This document shows, one piece after another, positions 62,765-64,000 of a DNA stretch of 64,000 nucleotides. Position numbers and translations under genes: made by a program. This DNA comes from Chloroflexota bacterium (GTDB lineage Bacteria > Chloroflexota > Dormibacteria > Dormibacterales > Dormibacteraceae). The stretch spans positions 1,021 to 65,020 of the forward strand of contig VBEO01000071.1 in NCBI GenBank assembly GCA_005881825.1, read 5' to 3'. The first letter of the stretch is position 1. Every line of letters starts with the position of its first letter. The notes under the pieces were generated by a model. It made no database searches, was not told where the DNA came from, and saw only the letters and a program-made list of their open reading frames with translations.

Positions 62765-64000
62765 ATGGCTCGCACGCTCGCCCGGATCGACGCCGAAACC
62801 CTGGTTTTCGGCCAACCCAGCCCTTCTGACGCGCAGCTCTCACCGGACGGCACTCTGCTGCTTTACGCGCAGCAGTGGGCCGACCCGGGCGCCCCCGACA
62901 AACCACGCTCGCGGCTGTACACCTGCGATTGGGACGGCGGCCGCCCGGCGCCTCTGACCGCCGGTGACGAGAGCGTCGTCGAGGGCGGAGGGCGCTGGTC
63001 GCCGGACGGGACCCAGGTGGCGTTCGCGGCCGAGCTGGAGGACGGCTTCGGGCTGTACGTGGTGCCCGCCGGTGGGGGCGGGCCGCGTCTGGTGACCCGC
63101 CACCGGGGCGAGATCGCGGCCATCGCATGGTCGCCGGACGGGTCCTTGCTCGCCTACTCGGCCCCGGTGGACCCCAGCGACCCGGACGAGACCGGGCCGG
63201 CTCCCCCGCCCGAGCCGGTCGTTCGCGTCACCCGGCGGCCCGACTACAAGCTGGACGGCCGCGGCTACCTCGACGACCGCCGGCACCAGGTCTTTCTGGT
63301 TCCCGCCTCGGGCGGCGAACGCCGCCGGCTCACGGCCTGGCCGCGCGAGCACACGGCGCCGGCGTGGAGTCCCGACGGCGCCCGGCTGGCCATGGTCTCG
63401 GCGGTGACCGGGCATTCCCAGCTCTGCGTGGCGGACGTGGCCTCGGGGCTCCTGCACCGGGCCGGCCGGGACCGGGGCATGGTCGGCCTCATGGCCTGGT
63501 CGCCCGACTCCTCACGACTCCTGCTGGGGGCCGATCCCGCGCGCAGCTACCAGGTCGATTGGTGGATCTACGAAGGCGACACGGGCGCATTGCGGCAGGT
63601 GACCGACGATGCCGGACCCCAGCCGCACGCCGGTTACCCGGGCTGGCAGCCCCCTTCGCCACCGGTCTGGCTGGATGGCAGCCGCGCCCTCTTCCACGGC
63701 CTGGAACACGGCCGCAGCGGCCTCTGGACGCTCGATGTGGACAGCGGAGCGGTGACTCCAATCGCCTCCTGGGACGCCGTGCACCAGGGCCTGAGCGGCG
63801 ACGCGGCCGGCCGGCGCTTCGTGCAGACGGGATCGGCGTTCGACTCGCCGCCCGTTCTGGTCGGGTTCGAATTGGAGACCAGGACCGCGCGCTTGATCTC
63901 AGGCGGAGGTCCGACGGCCGGCAATACCGAATGGGAGCGGCTGACTTTGCGGCGTGCCGGCCTGGAGATCGAAGGCTGGCTGCTGAAGCCGGCGGATCTC
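62765..64000 (+). CDS. S9-family peptidase, N-terminal beta-propeller part (partial, runs off the window)
   Basis: Not in the track because it has no stop. The frame from ATG 62765 is open to 64000, with repeated WSPDG propeller blades (RWSPDGTQVAF, AWSPDGSLLAY, AWSPDGARLA, AWSPDSSRLL). Confidence 0.8.
   Translation, partial: MARTLARIDAETLVFGQPSPSDAQLSPDGTLLLYAQQWADPGAPDKPRSRLYTCDWDGGRPAPLTAGDESVVEGGGRWSPDGTQVAFAAELEDGFGLYVVPAGGGGPRLVTRHRGEIAAIAWSPDGSLLAYSAPVDPSDPDETGPAPPPEPVVRVTRRPDYKLDGRGYLDDRRHQVFLVPASGGERRRLTAWPREHTAPAWSPDGARLAMVSAVTGHSQLCVADVASGLLHRAGRDRGMVGLMAWSPDSSRLLLGADPARSYQVDWWIYEGDTGALRQVTDDAGPQPHAGYPGWQPPSPPVWLDGSRALFHGLEHGRSGLWTLDVDSGAVTPIASWDAVHQGLSGDAAGRRFVQTGSAFDSPPVLVGFELETRTARLISGGGPTAGNTEWERLTLRRAGLEIEGWLLKPADL

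Noticed and set aside
1-64000. Looked for tRNA/rRNA/tmRNA/SRP-like sequences, CRISPR repeats, IS or integrase genes, toxin-antitoxin pairs, restriction-modification and other defence genes.
   Set aside because: None was recognised by eye. The T-loop-like strings at about 49010 and 63865 lie inside good coding frames. Absence should be confirmed with tRNAscan-SE, Infernal, CRISPR finders, ISEScan and DefenseFinder/PADLOC.

Overview
High-GC (about 70% by eye) bacterial chromosomal segment, densely packed with about 65 protein genes on both strands. I found no rRNA, tRNA, CRISPR array, transposase, integrase, phage gene or recognisable defence gene. All family calls come from motifs read in the supplied translations and from memory; no searches were run. 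Many start codons are provisional, because most long track ORFs carry spurious N-terminal extensions typical of GC-rich DNA.

Gene content in order:
- 22-8930: RidA, small membrane protein, SDR, two alpha/beta hydrolases, acyl-CoA dehydrogenase, NmrA-like protein, acyl-CoA carboxyltransferase, PAS-GGDEF-EAL protein.
- 9006-23067: a convergent two-operon block. The + operon is hydantoinase A (disrupted), hydantoinase B, SAM methyltransferase and Rieske oxygenase. The - operon is FdrA-like, DUF1116, PhzF-like, cyclase, then CoxM/S/L-like molybdenum hydroxylase. A divergent SDR follows.
- 23630-31311: leuDC (-), then ilvB-ilvN-ilvC, a truncated leuA-like gene and pheA (+), with a candidate leader-peptide attenuator ahead of ilvB.
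- 31308-43767: SnoaL-like, pntAA-pntAB-pntB, korA-korB, AlkA-like glycosylase, DUF3048 lipoprotein, a MerR/TOBE regulator with modABC, a D-TA-family PLP enzyme and a cupredoxin lipoprotein.
- 43764-64000: DUF4129/hypothetical/MoxR/DUF58 operon, BtrH-like, HAD, topoisomerase IB, TetR with cupin and DinB-SnoaL genes, aquaporin, M3 oligoendopeptidase, aldo/keto reductase, thiolase, a second AlkA-like gene, DUF2207, a response regulator with a GAF-PAS histidine kinase, and a partial S9 peptidase.

I cannot point to a clear new multi-gene system. The observations I rate highest, all read directly from the sequence:
1. A 150-165 nt non-coding element is present twice in opposite orientation (17924-18086 and 50578-50726). 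Its first 53 nt are 48/53 identical. A sub-module built on GCCGGC-core palindromes with outer cores 42 bp apart recurs at 36723-36770, has a look-alike at 6868-6915, and a partial copy at 34638-34667.
2. Four genes have a conserved N-terminus lying upstream of any ATG/GTG/TTG. Three have a CTG sitting in a CTGA stop/start overlap, which suggests CTG initiation.
3. Three enzymes (HyuA, LeuA-like, KorB) appear to have lost internal catalytic segments.
4. Several divergent gene pairs have overlapping start codons or gaps of only 25-36 bp.
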